DNA of 64,000 nt from an uncultured delta proteobacterium (GTDB lineage: Bacteria; Desulfobacterota; Binatia; UBA9968): positions 1 to 64,000 of the forward strand of contig CAVSLC010000012.1 of assembly GCA_963728565.1 (NCBI GenBank). Reading direction: 5' to 3'. Of this stretch, positions 39,631 to 53,346 are shown piece after piece. How positions within the stretch are numbered: position 1 is the stretch's first letter; each line of letters begins with the position of its first letter. The notes under the pieces are model-generated. The model made no database searches. It saw only the letters and a list, made by a program, of their open reading frames with translations, and had not been told where the DNA came from. The position numbers and the translations under genes are program-made.

Positions 39631-40509
39631 CTAATGAATCAAGTGGAAGTCCGCCAATGCGCGTTTGAGCTTCTTGACATTGCCGTCGGCCATGGGCGTG
39701 AGCGGCAGGCGCAGCTCGGCGGTGCATTTACCCATCAGCGCGGCGGCCGTTTTGACCGGTATGGGGTTGGTTTCGATGAAAAGGCTGCGGATCAGCGGAG
39801 TCAGCTTGAACTGCAAATCGCGCCCTTTCTCCCACTCACCGTTAAGGCAAGCTTCGGTCAGCTGTGACATTTCTCTGGGTGCGACATTGGCAACCGTCGA
39901 AATCACACCTTTGCCGCCCAACGCCATGAGAGAAAACGTCAGCGTATCTTCACCGGAATAAACGGCGAGATTGTCGCCGCAAAGCCGGATAACGTCGATG
40001 GCTTGATCCACTGAGCCAGTCGCTTCTTTAACGCCGGCGATGTTCTTGATTTCGGCCAAGCGGGCCAGCGTCTCCGGCTCAATTTTCGATCCGGTCCGCC
40101 CCGGAATGTTGTATACGATGATCGGAATGCCGACTTCGGACGCAACTGTCTTATAGTGTTGGTAGATTCCTTCCTGGGTCGGGCGATTGTAATAGGGAGA
40201 AATCATCAGCGCGCCGTCGGCGCCTGACTTTTCGGCTGCGCGTGTTAACCGCACGGCTTCGTCCGTCGAATTAGAACCGGTCCCCGCGATCACCGGCAGC
40301 CGCTTTTTAACGGCTTTGATGACGGCTTTGATGACCTCGTCGTGTTCTTCATGGCTCAAGGTCGCCGACTCGCCAGTGGTGCCGCACGGCACAATGCCAT
40401 GGGTGCCGCTCTGGATGTGAAAATCGATCAGCCGTTCAAGACTTTGCCAGTCGACCTTGCCGCCTTTAAAGGGTGTGATCAAGGCGACCATAGAACCGGT
40501 AAACATCAA
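39631..40509 (-). CDS. dapA: 4-hydroxy-tetrahydrodipicolinate synthase
   Basis: 'GTTGES', 'YNIPGRT', 'ETNPIPVK'. Confidence 0.96.
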   Translation of the reverse strand: MMFTGSMVALITPFKGGKVDWQSLERLIDFHIQSGTHGIVPCGTTGESATLSHEEHDEVIKAVIKAVKKRLPVIAGTGSNSTDEAVRLTRAAEKSGADGALMISPYYNRPTQEGIYQHYKTVASEVGIPIIVYNIPGRTGSKIEPETLARLAEIKNIAGVKEATGSVDQAIDVIRLCGDNLAVYSGEDTLTFSLMALGGKGVISTVANVAPREMSQLTEACLNGEWEKGRDLQFKLTPLIRSLFIETNPIPVKTAAALMGKCTAELRLPLTPMADGNVKKLKRALADFHLIH

Positions 40510-40516
40510 ACTGCTC

Positions 40517-41338
40517 CTAACTAACTTTGACGCTGCCTTGAAAGACCTCTTCGGCCGCGCCAGTCATATAAACACGATTATTGTCGCGCCAGTCGATAAA
40601 TAGGTCGCCGCCCTTAACATGCACTGTCAGCTTTCTTTCGGTTTTACCGCCGAGCACGCCTGCGACTGCCACTGCTGACGCGCCGGTGCCGCAAGCCCAG
40701 GTTTCGCCTGCGCCGCGCTCCCAGACGCGCATGTTCACCTCATTGGGGCTCAGCACTTTGATGAATTCCGTGTTCACTCGTTTAGGGAAAAAGGCGTGAT
40801 GCTCAAAGAGAGGGCCGATCTTCTCTAAATCGAGAGCATCGATATCGTCGAGGTAGAGCACGCAATGCGGATTGCCCATGGAGACGCACGTCACGCTGTA
40901 AGTCCGGCCTTCGACGATCAGCGGTCGGTTTACGATCTGACCATCGGCATCAACGGGAATCTTGCGTCCCTCGAGAATCGGCTCACCCATATCGACCTCG
41001 ACCAAGTCGCCGACGATCCGGGGACGAATAATACCAGCTAGCGTTTCAACTTCCAGTTCCTTGTTCCGTGTCAGACCGTGTTCATAAACGTATTTGGCGA
41101 AACAACGAATGCCGTTGCCGCACATTTCCACCTGACTGCCGTCGGCGTTGTAAATCTCCATTTTGAAGTCCGCGCTCCTGGATGGATGCACCGTCAGGAG
41201 TTGATCCGCGCCGATGCCGAAGCGCCGATCACAGAGCTTGCCGGCGATAGCGCCTAGATCAGGGATATCGTTTTTCAGGCAATCTATAAAAATGAAATCA
41301 TTGCCGCAGCCATGCATCTTGGTAAACGGAATTTCCAT
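40517..41338 (-). CDS. dapF: Diaminopimelate epimerase
   Basis: 'KMHGCGNDF', 'EMCGNGIRC', 'ERGAGETWACGTG'. Confidence 0.96.
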   Translation of the reverse strand: MEIPFTKMHGCGNDFIFIDCLKNDIPDLGAIAGKLCDRRFGIGADQLLTVHPSRSADFKMEIYNADGSQVEMCGNGIRCFAKYVYEHGLTRNKELEVETLAGIIRPRIVGDLVEVDMGEPILEGRKIPVDADGQIVNRPLIVEGRTYSVTCVSMGNPHCVLYLDDIDALDLEKIGPLFEHHAFFPKRVNTEFIKVLSPNEVNMRVWERGAGETWACGTGASAVAVAGVLGGKTERKLTVHVKGGDLFIDWRDNNRVYMTGAAEEVFQGSVKVS

Positions 41339-41353
41339 CTCATTCGAACCTTG

Positions 41354-41478
41354 CAGGCTGCGGAAAAAGAGTCATATGATGAGTTGCACTCCGTCGACTC
41401 GCTTCAACGTACTGAAGCGGACGCCTCAGCTCGTTGAACGTCACGCGCTTCGGCTCTGAGATCTTTTCGAACAGCCTG
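41354..41478. repeat. ~125-bp intergenic element with imperfect terminal inverted repeats (REP/MITE-like)
   Basis: CAGGCTGCGGAAAAAGA at the left end and TCTTTTCGAACAGCCTG at the right end. Confidence 0.55.
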
Positions 41479-41557
41479 ATGAAAACATTTTCCAAATCGG
41501 CCTTAACTCGACCTTCGTCACCTTCAACCTTTGAACATTGAAACGTTTGAATGGTCC

Positions 41558-42829
41558 TTATTGTAGCGCCGCCGGTATTGTCTCGCCACTGATCAAATCT
41601 TCAAAAGACTCGCGTTTACGGACAACGTAGTATTTGTCGCCGTCAACGAGAACCTCGGGAGCCTTCGGATGAGAATTGTAGTTCGATGCCATAGTAAAAC
41701 CATACGCGCCGGCGCTCATGACTGCCAACAAATCGCCGCGTTGCGGCCGCGTGATGTCGCGATCCTTAGCGAGGAAATCGCCGCTCTCGCAAATCGGACC
41801 GACGACATCCGCGACGATCTTCTCGGCTCTGGTTTCCACCACCGGACGGATCGCCTGATAGGACCCGTAAAGCGCCGGACGTATGAGATCGTTCATGCCG
41901 CCGTCGACGATTACGAAGTTTTTGGCTTCATTCTCTTTGACGTATTGGACCTCAGTGACAAGAATGCCGGCATTGCCGACGATCACTCGCCCGGGCTCCA
42001 GTATCAATGTAACGTCCAGACCTTCCAAGCCTTCGATGATCGCCCTGGCGTATTCCTCCGGCTGCGGTGGAGTTTCATCGTTATAATTGATGCCCAGCCC
42101 CCCGCCCAAATCGAGGTAACGAATCTGCGCGCCTTCTTTTTCTAACGATCCCACCAGCACGCGATCGAGATACTCTCGGACCCTGGCCAAAGCATCGACG
42201 AATGGCGAAAGAGACGTTAGCTGCGAACCGATGTGACAATCGACCCCAACGACGTCGACGTTGGGCAATGCTGCGGCTTTCTTGTAAGTCTCCAATGATT
42301 TTTTGATTTCGACGCCGAACTTCGCTTTCTTCATCCCCGTCGAGATGTAAGGATGAGTTTGCGGATCGACGTCAGGGTTGACCCGTATACTGATCGGAGC
42401 TTTCTTGCCGATGGCGCGGGCGATTTCGTTCAAAGCCACCAATTCGTCTTCGGACTCGACGTTGAACATCAAAATCTCCGAATTGAGGGCGTACTCGATT
42501 TCATCCTTTTTCTTGCCCACGCCAGAGAACACGATCTTTTTCGGATCGCCGCCGGCCTTTAGTGCGCGGAACAGCTCGCCGCCGGAAACAATATCGAACC
42601 CGCTGCCTTCCTTGGCGAAGGTTCTGAGCACGGTCAGATTTGAGTTGGCCTTAACCGAGAAGCAAACAATGTGCGGAACCTTGGCAAAAGCCTGATCAAA
42701 GACCTGGTAGTGCCGTTTCAATGTCGCTAAGCTGTAAATATAAGCCGGCGTGCCGACTTCACGGGCGATGCGTTTTACCGCCACCCCTTCTGCATACATT
42801 TCCCCATTTCGATACTCAAAATGATTCAT
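41558..42829 (-). CDS. lysA: Diaminopimelate decarboxylase
   Basis: 'SVKANSN', 'HIGSQ', 'EPGR', 'GPICESGD', 'SNYNS'. Confidence 0.96.
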   Translation of the reverse strand: MNHFEYRNGEMYAEGVAVKRIAREVGTPAYIYSLATLKRHYQVFDQAFAKVPHIVCFSVKANSNLTVLRTFAKEGSGFDIVSGGELFRALKAGGDPKKIVFSGVGKKKDEIEYALNSEILMFNVESEDELVALNEIARAIGKKAPISIRVNPDVDPQTHPYISTGMKKAKFGVEIKKSLETYKKAAALPNVDVVGVDCHIGSQLTSLSPFVDALARVREYLDRVLVGSLEKEGAQIRYLDLGGGLGINYNDETPPQPEEYARAIIEGLEGLDVTLILEPGRVIVGNAGILVTEVQYVKENEAKNFVIVDGGMNDLIRPALYGSYQAIRPVVETRAEKIVADVVGPICESGDFLAKDRDITRPQRGDLLAVMSAGAYGFTMASNYNSHPKAPEVLVDGDKYYVVRKRESFEDLISGETIPAALQ

Positions 42830-43269
42830 TATGGACCTCGCGTAGCTTCAACTTCATTGGACGGGTTGCTTAACGATCCATCCTTCAACTGCGACGACAC
42901 CCGGTAGCGATAAATCGTCTGTGCTTGGGCATTTTCATCAATGAAGCGATACTGCTTTTGTTTGACGAATTTCTCCCGATCCTCGACGTTCACGGCAGCC
43001 AGGGGCCGATACGGCACCGGACATTCCGGGCACGTTGGCGAGAGATCTTTGCGAAAGATAACAAACCCGGTCAGATCGGTGAGTGATCTGCCGTCGACAT
43101 ACTCGGTGGGGCGGCTCCAGGTGAGTACAATGCCATTGCGGTCCGGTTTTGCCGTGAGGTTCTTAATAAGCTGCGGCATCGCTAATTCGGGAGCGCGCGG
43201 CTCACCCTTTTTACCGCAACCGATACACAGCACTACGATTATACTGCCTAGGGTAAAGAAAGTTTTCAT
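42829..43269 (-). CDS. Lipoprotein with LptM/LppL-like N-terminus and a beta-rich (FN3-like) domain carrying CxxC
   Basis: 'IGCGKKGEPRAP', 'CPECP', 'YRYRV', 'SNPSN'; located between argH and lysA. Confidence 0.7.
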   Translation of the reverse strand: MKTFFTLGSIIVVLCIGCGKKGEPRAPELAMPQLIKNLTAKPDRNGIVLTWSRPTEYVDGRSLTDLTGFVIFRKDLSPTCPECPVPYRPLAAVNVEDREKFVKQKQYRFIDENAQAQTIYRYRVSSQLKDGSLSNPSNEVEATRGP

Positions 43270-44655
43270 CCAAGCCCTATCTCTTTGAGGCGACGCTCCA
43301 CATTCTTTCGAGCCGTGCCTCCCAGTGCTCGACGCCGGCCAACCACCGCTTCGGCAGAAAGATAGCGGTATATATCTTTTTCAATTTTTTTAGAAAAATC
43401 TTTCAGTTCATTGAGAGCCAGTTCTTCAATGCGTCGCCGCCTTAACCATGCAATGTTTCACTATCCCGCCGGCGATCTCATGTGCTGAGCGAAACGGTTC
43501 CCCGCGCTCAACCAGATAGTCGGCCAGGTCGGTTGCGTTCATAAAACCATCCTGCGCCGCGCTTAACATTCTGTCGGCATTAACCTTCACTCCCTGAACG
43601 ATTTCTCGCATCATCTGCAAGCTGGCCTTGACCGTATCGACCGTGTCGAATAGTGGAATTTTGTCCTCTTGCAGATCGCGATTGTATGCCAGCGGCAACC
43701 CTTTCATGATCGTCAGCAGCGCCTGGAGGTGACCGAACACCCGGCCCGTTTTGCCGCGAATCAACTCCGGCACATCGGGGTTTTTCTTCTGCGGCATCAT
43801 CGAACTTCCGGTACAGTAACCGTCAGGCAGCTCGATGAACGAGAATTCCTGACTAGACCACAACACCCATTCATCCGCAAGGCGACTCAAATGAACAAAG
43901 AGTATCGACGATCCGGCTAGAAACTCGATGAGAAAATCGCGATCGCTGACCGCGTCGATGCTGTTTTTGGAGATTTGGGGGAAAGTCAGAAGCCGGGCAA
44001 GATAGGCGCGGTCGATGGGAAAAGTCGTTCCGGCCAGCGCACCGGACCCCAACGGCAAAACATTGATCCTTTTCAGCGACTCAACAAATCGCTGGCGGTC
44101 GCGGTCGAACATATCGTAGTAGGCAAGCAAATGATGCGCTAACAGGACCGGCTGCGCCCGCTGCAAGTGCGTATATCCAGGCATGATCACATCAATGTGC
44201 CGTTTGGCCAGACGGGCGATTTCGCGCTGCAGCGCATTTAAGGAATCGATGACTAATTGAACCTCTTCACGCAAGAACAGTCGCATGTCGAGCGCCACCT
44301 GATCGTTGCGACTGCGGGCGGTGTGCAGCATGCCGCCGGCCGCGCCGATCTTTTCGGTCAAACGGCGCTCGATATTCATATGGATGTCTTCGTCAGCCGG
44401 AGAGAAGTGAAAATCGCCCTGCTCGATCTCGGCTTGAATCGCCTTAAGCCCGCGCACGATCTTACGCCCCTCACGGGCGGGAATGATACCCTGCTTTGCC
44501 AGCATTTTCGCATGGGCGATGCTGCCCATGATGTCGTATCGATAAAGCCGCGAATCGATATGAATTGAAGCGGTGAAAGCTTCCACCGATGCCGCGGTGC
44601 CGTAAGCGAAACGCCCGCCCCAAAGTTTTTTCTCTTTTGTTTTTGTACCCTTCAA
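43266..44655 (-). CDS. argH: Argininosuccinate lyase (frameshift near 43435)
   Basis: 'LWGGRF', 'RSRNDQ', '[12 protein letters not shown]'. The C-terminus continues in another frame to TGA at 43266. Confidence 0.95.
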
Positions 44656-45860
44656 TACGATCTCTTAGTTTTGCTCAGTTTCTGCAAGCGCAACCGTAGA
44701 GCGTTCAAGCGAATGAATCCTTCGGCGTCCGCCTGCTGATAAACGGTATCTTGTTCAAAAGTCGCCACTTGGGGATCGTAGAGCGAAAAGTCGGATTTAC
44801 GCCCGGCGACAACGACATTGCCCTTGTAAAGCTTCAACCGCGCTGTTCCGTTTACATTGCGCTGCGCCGCATCGATTGCTCCCTGCAAGACCTCACGTTC
44901 CGGCGAGAACCAGTAACCGTAATAAATCATTTCAGCGTAGCGCGAAATCAAGGAATCTCTCAGCCGCATCACCTCGCGATCCATAGTGATAGACTCTAGC
45001 GCGCGATGAGCCGCATGAAGTATGGTCCCGCCAGGCGTCTCGTAAACGCCGCGCGACTTCATGCCGACATAGCGATTCTCGACCAGATCGACGCGGCCGA
45101 TACCATGCTTGGCGCCGAGATCGTTCAACCGCGCCAGAAGTTCAGCGGGAGACAATGTCTTGCCATTGATCGCAGTCGGATCGCCGCGCCGATAATCGAT
45201 TTCAACATACTCGGCTCGATTGGGCGCCTTCTCCAACGGCCGGCACCAGACAAACATGTCTGGCGGCGGCTCTTTCCATGGATCCTCAAGAATGCCGCCC
45301 TCATAACTAATATGAAATAAATTTCGATCGGTGCTGTAGGGACGGGCTTTGGTAACCGGCACTGGAATGCCATGCTTGCGCGCGTAGGCGATCAAAGAGG
45401 TGCGTGAACTGAGACTCCAAAGCCGCCACGGCGCAATCACCTTGATGGCCGGCTTGAGCGCATAATAAGTCAATTCAAAACGCACCTGGTCATTGCCCTT
45501 ACCGGTGGCGCCGTGCGACACCGCGTCGGCGCGCTCGGTTACGGCGACGTCGATCTGTGCCTTGGCGATGAGCGGTCGGGCGATGGAGGTGCCGAGCAGG
45601 TAGGAACCTTCGTAGATCGCGTTGCCGCGCAGCATCGGGAACACATAATTTTTCACAAACTCTTCGCGCAGATCGCCGATTACCGCTTTGCTTGCACCGG
45701 TGTCGATCGCCTTCCGTTTGACCGCCTGCAGGTCTTCCCCCTGTCCTAGGTCGGCGCAGAAAGCGATGACTTCGCAGCCATATTCTTCCTTAATCCAACG
45801 CAGAATAACCGATGTGTCTAATCCTCCCGAATAAGCCAGCACCACCTTCTTTACGTTCAT
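44652..45860 (-). CDS. argG: Argininosuccinate synthase
   Basis: 'AYSGGLDTS', '[14 protein letters not shown]', 'SRGVYETP'. Confidence 0.97.
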   Translation of the reverse strand: MNVKKVVLAYSGGLDTSVILRWIKEEYGCEVIAFCADLGQGEDLQAVKRKAIDTGASKAVIGDLREEFVKNYVFPMLRGNAIYEGSYLLGTSIARPLIAKAQIDVAVTERADAVSHGATGKGNDQVRFELTYYALKPAIKVIAPWRLWSLSSRTSLIAYARKHGIPVPVTKARPYSTDRNLFHISYEGGILEDPWKEPPPDMFVWCRPLEKAPNRAEYVEIDYRRGDPTAINGKTLSPAELLARLNDLGAKHGIGRVDLVENRYVGMKSRGVYETPGGTILHAAHRALESITMDREVMRLRDSLISRYAEMIYYGYWFSPEREVLQGAIDAAQRNVNGTARLKLYKGNVVVAGRKSDFSLYDPQVATFEQDTVYQQADAEGFIRLNALRLRLQKLSKTKRSY

Positions 45861-46859
45861 CTTTTCTTATTGGAACCTTTGCTTCCTCTGGATTGATTTC
45901 CCATTTTCCTTGAACCTTCGAGCTTCTGAACGGTTGAACTTCTCGTGCCATTCAGCAACCAGACCATGATGGCTTTTTGCGCATGTAATCTGTTTTCAGC
46001 CTGATCGAAGGCAATGCACTGCGGGCTTTCTAAAACCTCGTCAGTGATTTCTTGACCGCGGTGGGCCGGTAAGCAGTGCATAACCACCGCATCTTTCTTG
46101 GCCATCGCCAGGACTCGGTGGTTCACCTGATATTCATGAAAAGCTTTGAGGCGGGTGGCCACGTCCCACTCCTGTCCCATGCTGGTCCAAACGTCGGTAT
46201 AGACCGCATCGGCTCCGCGCAAAGCATCTTTAATGGAATGCGTCACCGTCACGTCAGCGCCGTTTCTTTTTACCCGAGCTTCAATCTCTCGGTTGGGCTC
46301 GTATCCTTTGGGACACGCCAGGGCGAATGAGAATGGGATCTTCTCGGCCGCCTCCATCCAGGAATGCACCATATTGTTGCCGTCGCCGATGAAGGTAATC
46401 TTAAGTCCTTTCAGCTTTCGCTTGTGTTCCAACAATGTAAGACAGTCGGCAAGGACCTGACATGGATGATAGAGGTCGGTCAGAGGCGTTGATCACCGGA
46501 ACGGACGCGGCACGCGCCATTTCCTCCAGAGTTGCCTGCGCGAATGTGCGCACGACAATCATATCGACCCAGCGGCTCAGGCTGCGCGCGCAATCTTCTG
46601 GAGTTTCGCGGACTCCCATCTGTACTTCGGTGGGCGAGAGAAACACCGCATGGCCGCCGAGCTGAACCATCCCCGCCTCGAAAGTCACCCGCGTTCTCAG
46701 ACTGGGTTTCTCAAATAACATGCCCAGCCCCTTGCCCTCGAGCAGGCGATGCACGACGCCCTGCTTCTGCTTCTGTTTTAGATCTTGCGCCAGTCGCAGA
46801 ATCGATTCGAGCTCGTGGCGGCTCCAATCAGCGAAATTCAACAAATCTCGTTTACTCAT
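45857..46859 (-). CDS. argF: Ornithine carbamoyltransferase (one extra base near 46484)
   Basis: 'FEKPSLRTR', 'HPCQ' once the frame is corrected, 'HCLPAHRG', 'QAENRLH'. Confidence 0.93.
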
Positions 46860-46880
46860 GGCTGGGATACCGACGAGCGT

Positions 46881-48068
46881 TTATTGGCGGGCGAGAACCT
46901 TCTCAAGAATGTCGAGGCCGCGATCGATTTCGTTTCTCTTTATCGTCAGCGGTGGAACAAAACGGAGGACTTTGTAGGCGGTACAATTAAGGAGCAATCC
47001 CTCTTGCATGCAGCTGTCCGCGACTTTGCTGCCCTCGATCTCCAGCTCCACGCCGATCATCAGCCCCTTGCCGCGCACTTCTCGTATAAACGAAAAGCGC
47101 TTTTGCAAAGCTTCGAGGCCTTTGACGAAATACTGCCCCATCTGCCGGCAGTTCTTCAGGGCGCCGCCTAACAGGGTTTGCATCACCACCAACCCGGCGC
47201 TGCATGCCACCGGATTACCACCGAAGGTCGATGCATGACTACCAGGCCCGAAGCTTGTGGCAATCTCTTCGCGCGCCAACATCGCGCCCAGAGGCAGGCC
47301 TCCCCCGAGAGCCTTGGCCAAGGTCATGATGTCCGGTTTGATAGCAAAATGCTCGTAGCCGAACAGCGTGCCGGTGCGCCCCATTCCGGTTTGAACTTCA
47401 TCGAAGATGAGCAAGATACCGCGCTGGTCGCAGAGCTCACGCAAGCCTCGCATGTAGGCCTCGTCCGGGACGTTGACGCCGCCCTCAGCCTGAATCGGCT
47501 CGACTAATATGGCGGCGGTTTTCTTCTCGTCGATGGCTTCTTCGATGGCAGCGAGATTATTATAGGGCACCTGGCGAAACCCAGTGGGCAAAGGATCGTA
47601 ACCCGCGCGGATCTTCTCCTGCCCGGTAGCGGTCAGGGTCGCGAGTGTGCGGCCGTGAAAGGAGTTGTGGGTGGAAAGTATCTCGTACTTACCTCCGAGT
47701 CTCTCTAGACCGTAGCGTCGAACCAGCTTGATCGCCGCCTCGTTTGCTTCGGCGCCGCTATTGCAAAAGAAAACCCGCTCGGCAAACGAATGGTCGCACA
47801 ACTCGCGCGCCAACTCTGATTGCGGCAGGATGTGGTAGAGGTTGGAGACGTGCAGCAGCTTTTTCGACTGCTCCCGAATCGCCCGGACGATAGCCGGGTG
47901 ACAGTGACCCAAACTGTTGACCGCGATTCCGGCCAGGAAGTCGAGGTACTCCTTGCCCTCGGCATCCCAGACCTTGGTGCCTCTTCCCCTGACTAATGCG
48001 ATTGGGATGCGGGCGTAGGTTCGAGCAACATATTTGTCAGTCAGCGCGGCGATTTCCAAGTTGTTCAT
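46881..48068 (-). CDS. argD: Acetylornithine aminotransferase
   Basis: 'NSGAEANE', 'FHGRT', 'DEVQTG', 'AKALGGG', 'STFGGNP'. Confidence 0.95.
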   Translation of the reverse strand: MNNLEIAALTDKYVARTYARIPIALVRGRGTKVWDAEGKEYLDFLAGIAVNSLGHCHPAIVRAIREQSKKLLHVSNLYHILPQSELARELCDHSFAERVFFCNSGAEANEAAIKLVRRYGLERLGGKYEILSTHNSFHGRTLATLTATGQEKIRAGYDPLPTGFRQVPYNNLAAIEEAIDEKKTAAILVEPIQAEGGVNVPDEAYMRGLRELCDQRGILLIFDEVQTGMGRTGTLFGYEHFAIKPDIMTLAKALGGGLPLGAMLAREEIATSFGPGSHASTFGGNPVACSAGLVVMQTLLGGALKNCRQMGQYFVKGLEALQKRFSFIREVRGKGLMIGVELEIEGSKVADSCMQEGLLLNCTAYKVLRFVPPLTIKRNEIDRGLDILEKVLARQ

Positions 48069-50358
<2,290 letters not shown>

Positions 50359-50454
50359 TAGAATACGTAACTCCTAGCAACTTCAAAGACAAAAGCAAAT
50401 ACTCTTGTAGCGCGGAAACCTACGGCTTCCCGCGTCTATCGAAGCGGCTCACGT

Positions 50455-50985
50455 TTACGCCAGCTCTTCAAACGTAAGCTGCTCGTTTGTATAGACGCAG
50501 ATACTGGCGGCCACGCGCATCGATTCTTCAGCAATCCCGCGCGCGTCAAGCTGACTGTGCTTCACAAGTACCCGAGCTGCTGCCAATGCGAAATTTCCTC
50601 CCGAACCGATAGCAATGATGCCATCGTCGGGTTCTATCACATCGCCGGCTCCGGAAATCACCAACAGGTCATCGATGTCGGCGATGATTAGTAGCGCTTC
50701 CAGTCGTCGCAAAATTCGATCTGTGCGCCAGTCCTTCGCGAGCTCCACTGCGGCGCGCTTGAGATTGCCGTTGAACTGTTCCAGCTTGGCCTCAAACTTC
50801 TCGAACAAAGTGAATGCGTCGGCAGTGGCGCCGGCAAAACCTGCGATGACTTTGTCGTGATGAAGCTTGCGCACCTTCCGGGCGCTGTGCTTCATCACCG
50901 TTTGACCGAGACTCACCTGTCCGTCGCCGACGACCACCACTTTTCCTCGGTGTCGAATCGCCAGTATGGTCGTTCCTTCAAACAT
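50455..50985 (-). CDS. hslV: ATP-dependent protease subunit HslV
   Basis: 'GTTI', 'GDGQV', 'GSGG', 'ICVYTN'. Confidence 0.97.
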   Translation of the reverse strand: MFEGTTILAIRHRGKVVVVGDGQVSLGQTVMKHSARKVRKLHHDKVIAGFAGATADAFTLFEKFEAKLEQFNGNLKRAAVELAKDWRTDRILRRLEALLIIADIDDLLVISGAGDVIEPDDGIIAIGSGGNFALAAARVLVKHSQLDARGIAEESMRVAASICVYTNEQLTFEELA

Positions 50986-51075
50986 CGCTCAACTCACCAT
51001 TCATCATTCAATTTCAATGATCCACGATTCGAAGATAATCTCGCGTTAACCCGCGCGTATCGCTTAAGCCCTGCT

Positions 51076-51985
51076 TCAGGCGCGTGGATGAGCTTTATCG
51101 TACACCGCCGTTAGCTGATCCAGGTTTAGGTGCGTATAGTGTTGAGTTGTGGAAAGACTCGCATGGCCAAGCATTTCCTGTATCACTCGAAGATCGGCGC
51201 CACTATTTAAAAGGTGAGTAGCAAACGTGTGCCGCAAACCGTGCGGGCCGATATGCGACCGGGATCCCGCAAGCTTTCAAATGCTTTTCAACGCTGCGCC
51301 CTACGCTTCGGGTCGTCATCCTTTTACCACGGCGGTTAAGAAATACCGCATTTTCGCCTTTGCAGGGCAGATTCCAATTCTTTTTATGTTCTAAACTATA
51401 ATCTTGTAGCGCTTGCATTGCTATCGTGCCAATCGGCACGACGCGCTCTTTGGATCCTTTTCCGACGACTCGGATGATGCCCAGCTGAAAATCGATATCA
51501 CTCCAGTTAAGCCCCACCAATTCACTCGCCCGTATTCCCGTCGAATAAAACACCTCGAGCATGGCGCGATCGCGCACATCTAACGATCCTTTGATCGTGA
51601 TACCGCCCAGGAGCTGGAACACATCGTCGACCGAGAGAAAAGAGGGCAGCGGCTTGTCCTGCTTGGGCGTCTGAATCAGCAATATAGGGTTTGTTGCGAT
51701 CTGCCCGGTGGCCGCCAAATATTTAAAGAATCCTTTCAGCGCCGCCAGCTTGCGCGCCACAGAACTCTTTTTACGATGCTTGTTTATTGAAGCCAGGTAA
51801 GCGCGCACGATATGAATGTCCAGTTTTTGCTCGTCTATGTTCCCGTTTTCGTCCAGACAAAAATCGCTATCGCGAAGAAACTGTTGGAACTGATTGAGAT
51901 CGCTTAGGTAATTTCTAAGTGTGTGCGACGAGAGGTTGCGCTGATCGCGGAGATGATCGATAAATATCTTAATTAGCTCGTTCAC
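51076..51985 (-). CDS. xerC: Tyrosine recombinase XerC (frameshift near 51255)
   Basis: 'TGIRASEL', 'GKGSKER'; the other frame gives '[36 protein letters not shown]'. Upstream of hslVU. Confidence 0.88.
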
Positions 51986-52136
51986 TTGTGCTGCATGGCC
52001 AGATCCTTCAAGGATAACATGCCGCCTCATCAAACGAAATCAGCAAGTTCAATGTTTCTGCTGTCCACCGATCTCGACAGCTGACTTCAAAGTTAAATAA
52101 ATCTAAGCTAGAGTCCTGCTAACTCGCGCGAGCCAA

Positions 52137-52904
52137 ATGTTGGAAGAAAGAATATCTTTCGGTAGTAGCGGCGCTAAGAATATCGTTGGCATACTGCATC
52201 ATCCGGCCGGCGATTTGCCCCGCGGTGCGATTATCCTGTGCCACGGCATGGACTCCAACAAGGACAGCGAAAAATTGATTTCTCTCAGTCGCGGTTTAGC
52301 TGCAAGCGGGTTTCTCACGCTCAGATTTGATTTTGCATACGTCGGCGAATCCAGCGAGAGGTTTGAAGACATCACCTACAGCGGCGAGATCGAGGACCTG
52401 CGCGGCGCATGTTCTTTTATCCGCGATCGTTATTCCGGCGACATCGGAATTCTCGGCTCCAGCATGGGCGGCACTGTGGCTTTGCTGTTTGCCGCCGAAG
52501 ATCCAGGCATTGCTGCTCTGGTCACGATCGCCGCGCCGGTCCACCCTGAAGATTTCCCGCGCCGGATTCTCAGCCCGGACGCATTGCAAAAATGGCGGGA
52601 CCGCGGCTTTACCTTCTACAACCGGCAGCGGCTTAATCTGGCGTTGCTTGAGGACTTAGAATCCCTCAATGTCATCGAATCGGCGCGCAAAATCGCTTGT
52701 CCGGTACTGATCATTCATGGCGAAAGCGACGAGGTCGTGCCGGTCGAAGAAGCGCATGAACTGAACGCATGCATCTCGGGTAAAAAAAAATTGTTGATAT
52801 TGAAAGGAACCGACCATCGCCTGTCCAATCCGCTGATGATGCAGCAAGCTCTTACCGAAGCCGTCGATTGGCTCACGGCACACGTTGGTCGTCGCGCCCA
52901 ATGA
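52137..52904 (+). CDS. Alpha/beta hydrolase
   Basis: 'CHG', 'GSSMGG', 'HGESDEVVP', 'TDH'. Confidence 0.88.
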   Translation: MLEERISFGSSGAKNIVGILHHPAGDLPRGAIILCHGMDSNKDSEKLISLSRGLAASGFLTLRFDFAYVGESSERFEDITYSGEIEDLRGACSFIRDRYSGDIGILGSSMGGTVALLFAAEDPGIAALVTIAAPVHPEDFPRRILSPDALQKWRDRGFTFYNRQRLNLALLEDLESLNVIESARKIACPVLIIHGESDEVVPVEEAHELNACISGKKKLLILKGTDHRLSNPLMMQQALTEAVDWLTAHVGRRAQ

Positions 52905-53311
52905 AATTCATTCGCACATCTCCCTACGTGCTTATTGCTCTTATCGCTTTATTGGCCATTGGCTGCGGTCGCGATCTCAGTACTGCGCAAGGCGTAACCG
53001 AAGCCTTCGTCGATCACCATTATGTGAGTTTCGACTTGCAAAAGGCCAAAGATTACACAGTCAGTATCGCTTTGGACAAGGTTAATGACGAGATCAGGCT
53101 AACCACGGGCCAGACAATCGATGCCTCGACTCAGAAGCCTCGAGTCAACTACCGGCTACTAGAGAAAAAGGAGGGAGAACGGCGAGCCTCTTTTCTTTAC
53201 GAAGGGACGATACAATCCGACGATGGCACCTCTTTTACCCGCAAGTGGTTGATAGCCGCGCGCAGAGACGGAGATCACTGGCGCGTGTCGAACTTTACCG
53301 AATCTGACTGA
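52901..53311 (+). CDS. Hypothetical lipoprotein
   Basis: 'LLAIGC' lipobox; ATGA overlap with the hydrolase stop. Confidence 0.7.
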   Translation: MKFIRTSPYVLIALIALLAIGCGRDLSTAQGVTEAFVDHHYVSFDLQKAKDYTVSIALDKVNDEIRLTTGQTIDASTQKPRVNYRLLEKKEGERRASFLYEGTIQSDDGTSFTRKWLIAARRDGDHWRVSNFTESD

Positions 53312-53346
53312 CAGCAGCCTGCGCTTTCAGCCTGCGTTTATGTCGG

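Noticed and set aside
50990-51030. CATTCA-like short repeats before hslV
   Set aside because: Too short and degenerate to support a call.
51076-51985. Tyrosine recombinase as an island integrase
   Set aside because: The position before hslVU and the C-terminal HPRA indicate chromosomal XerC.
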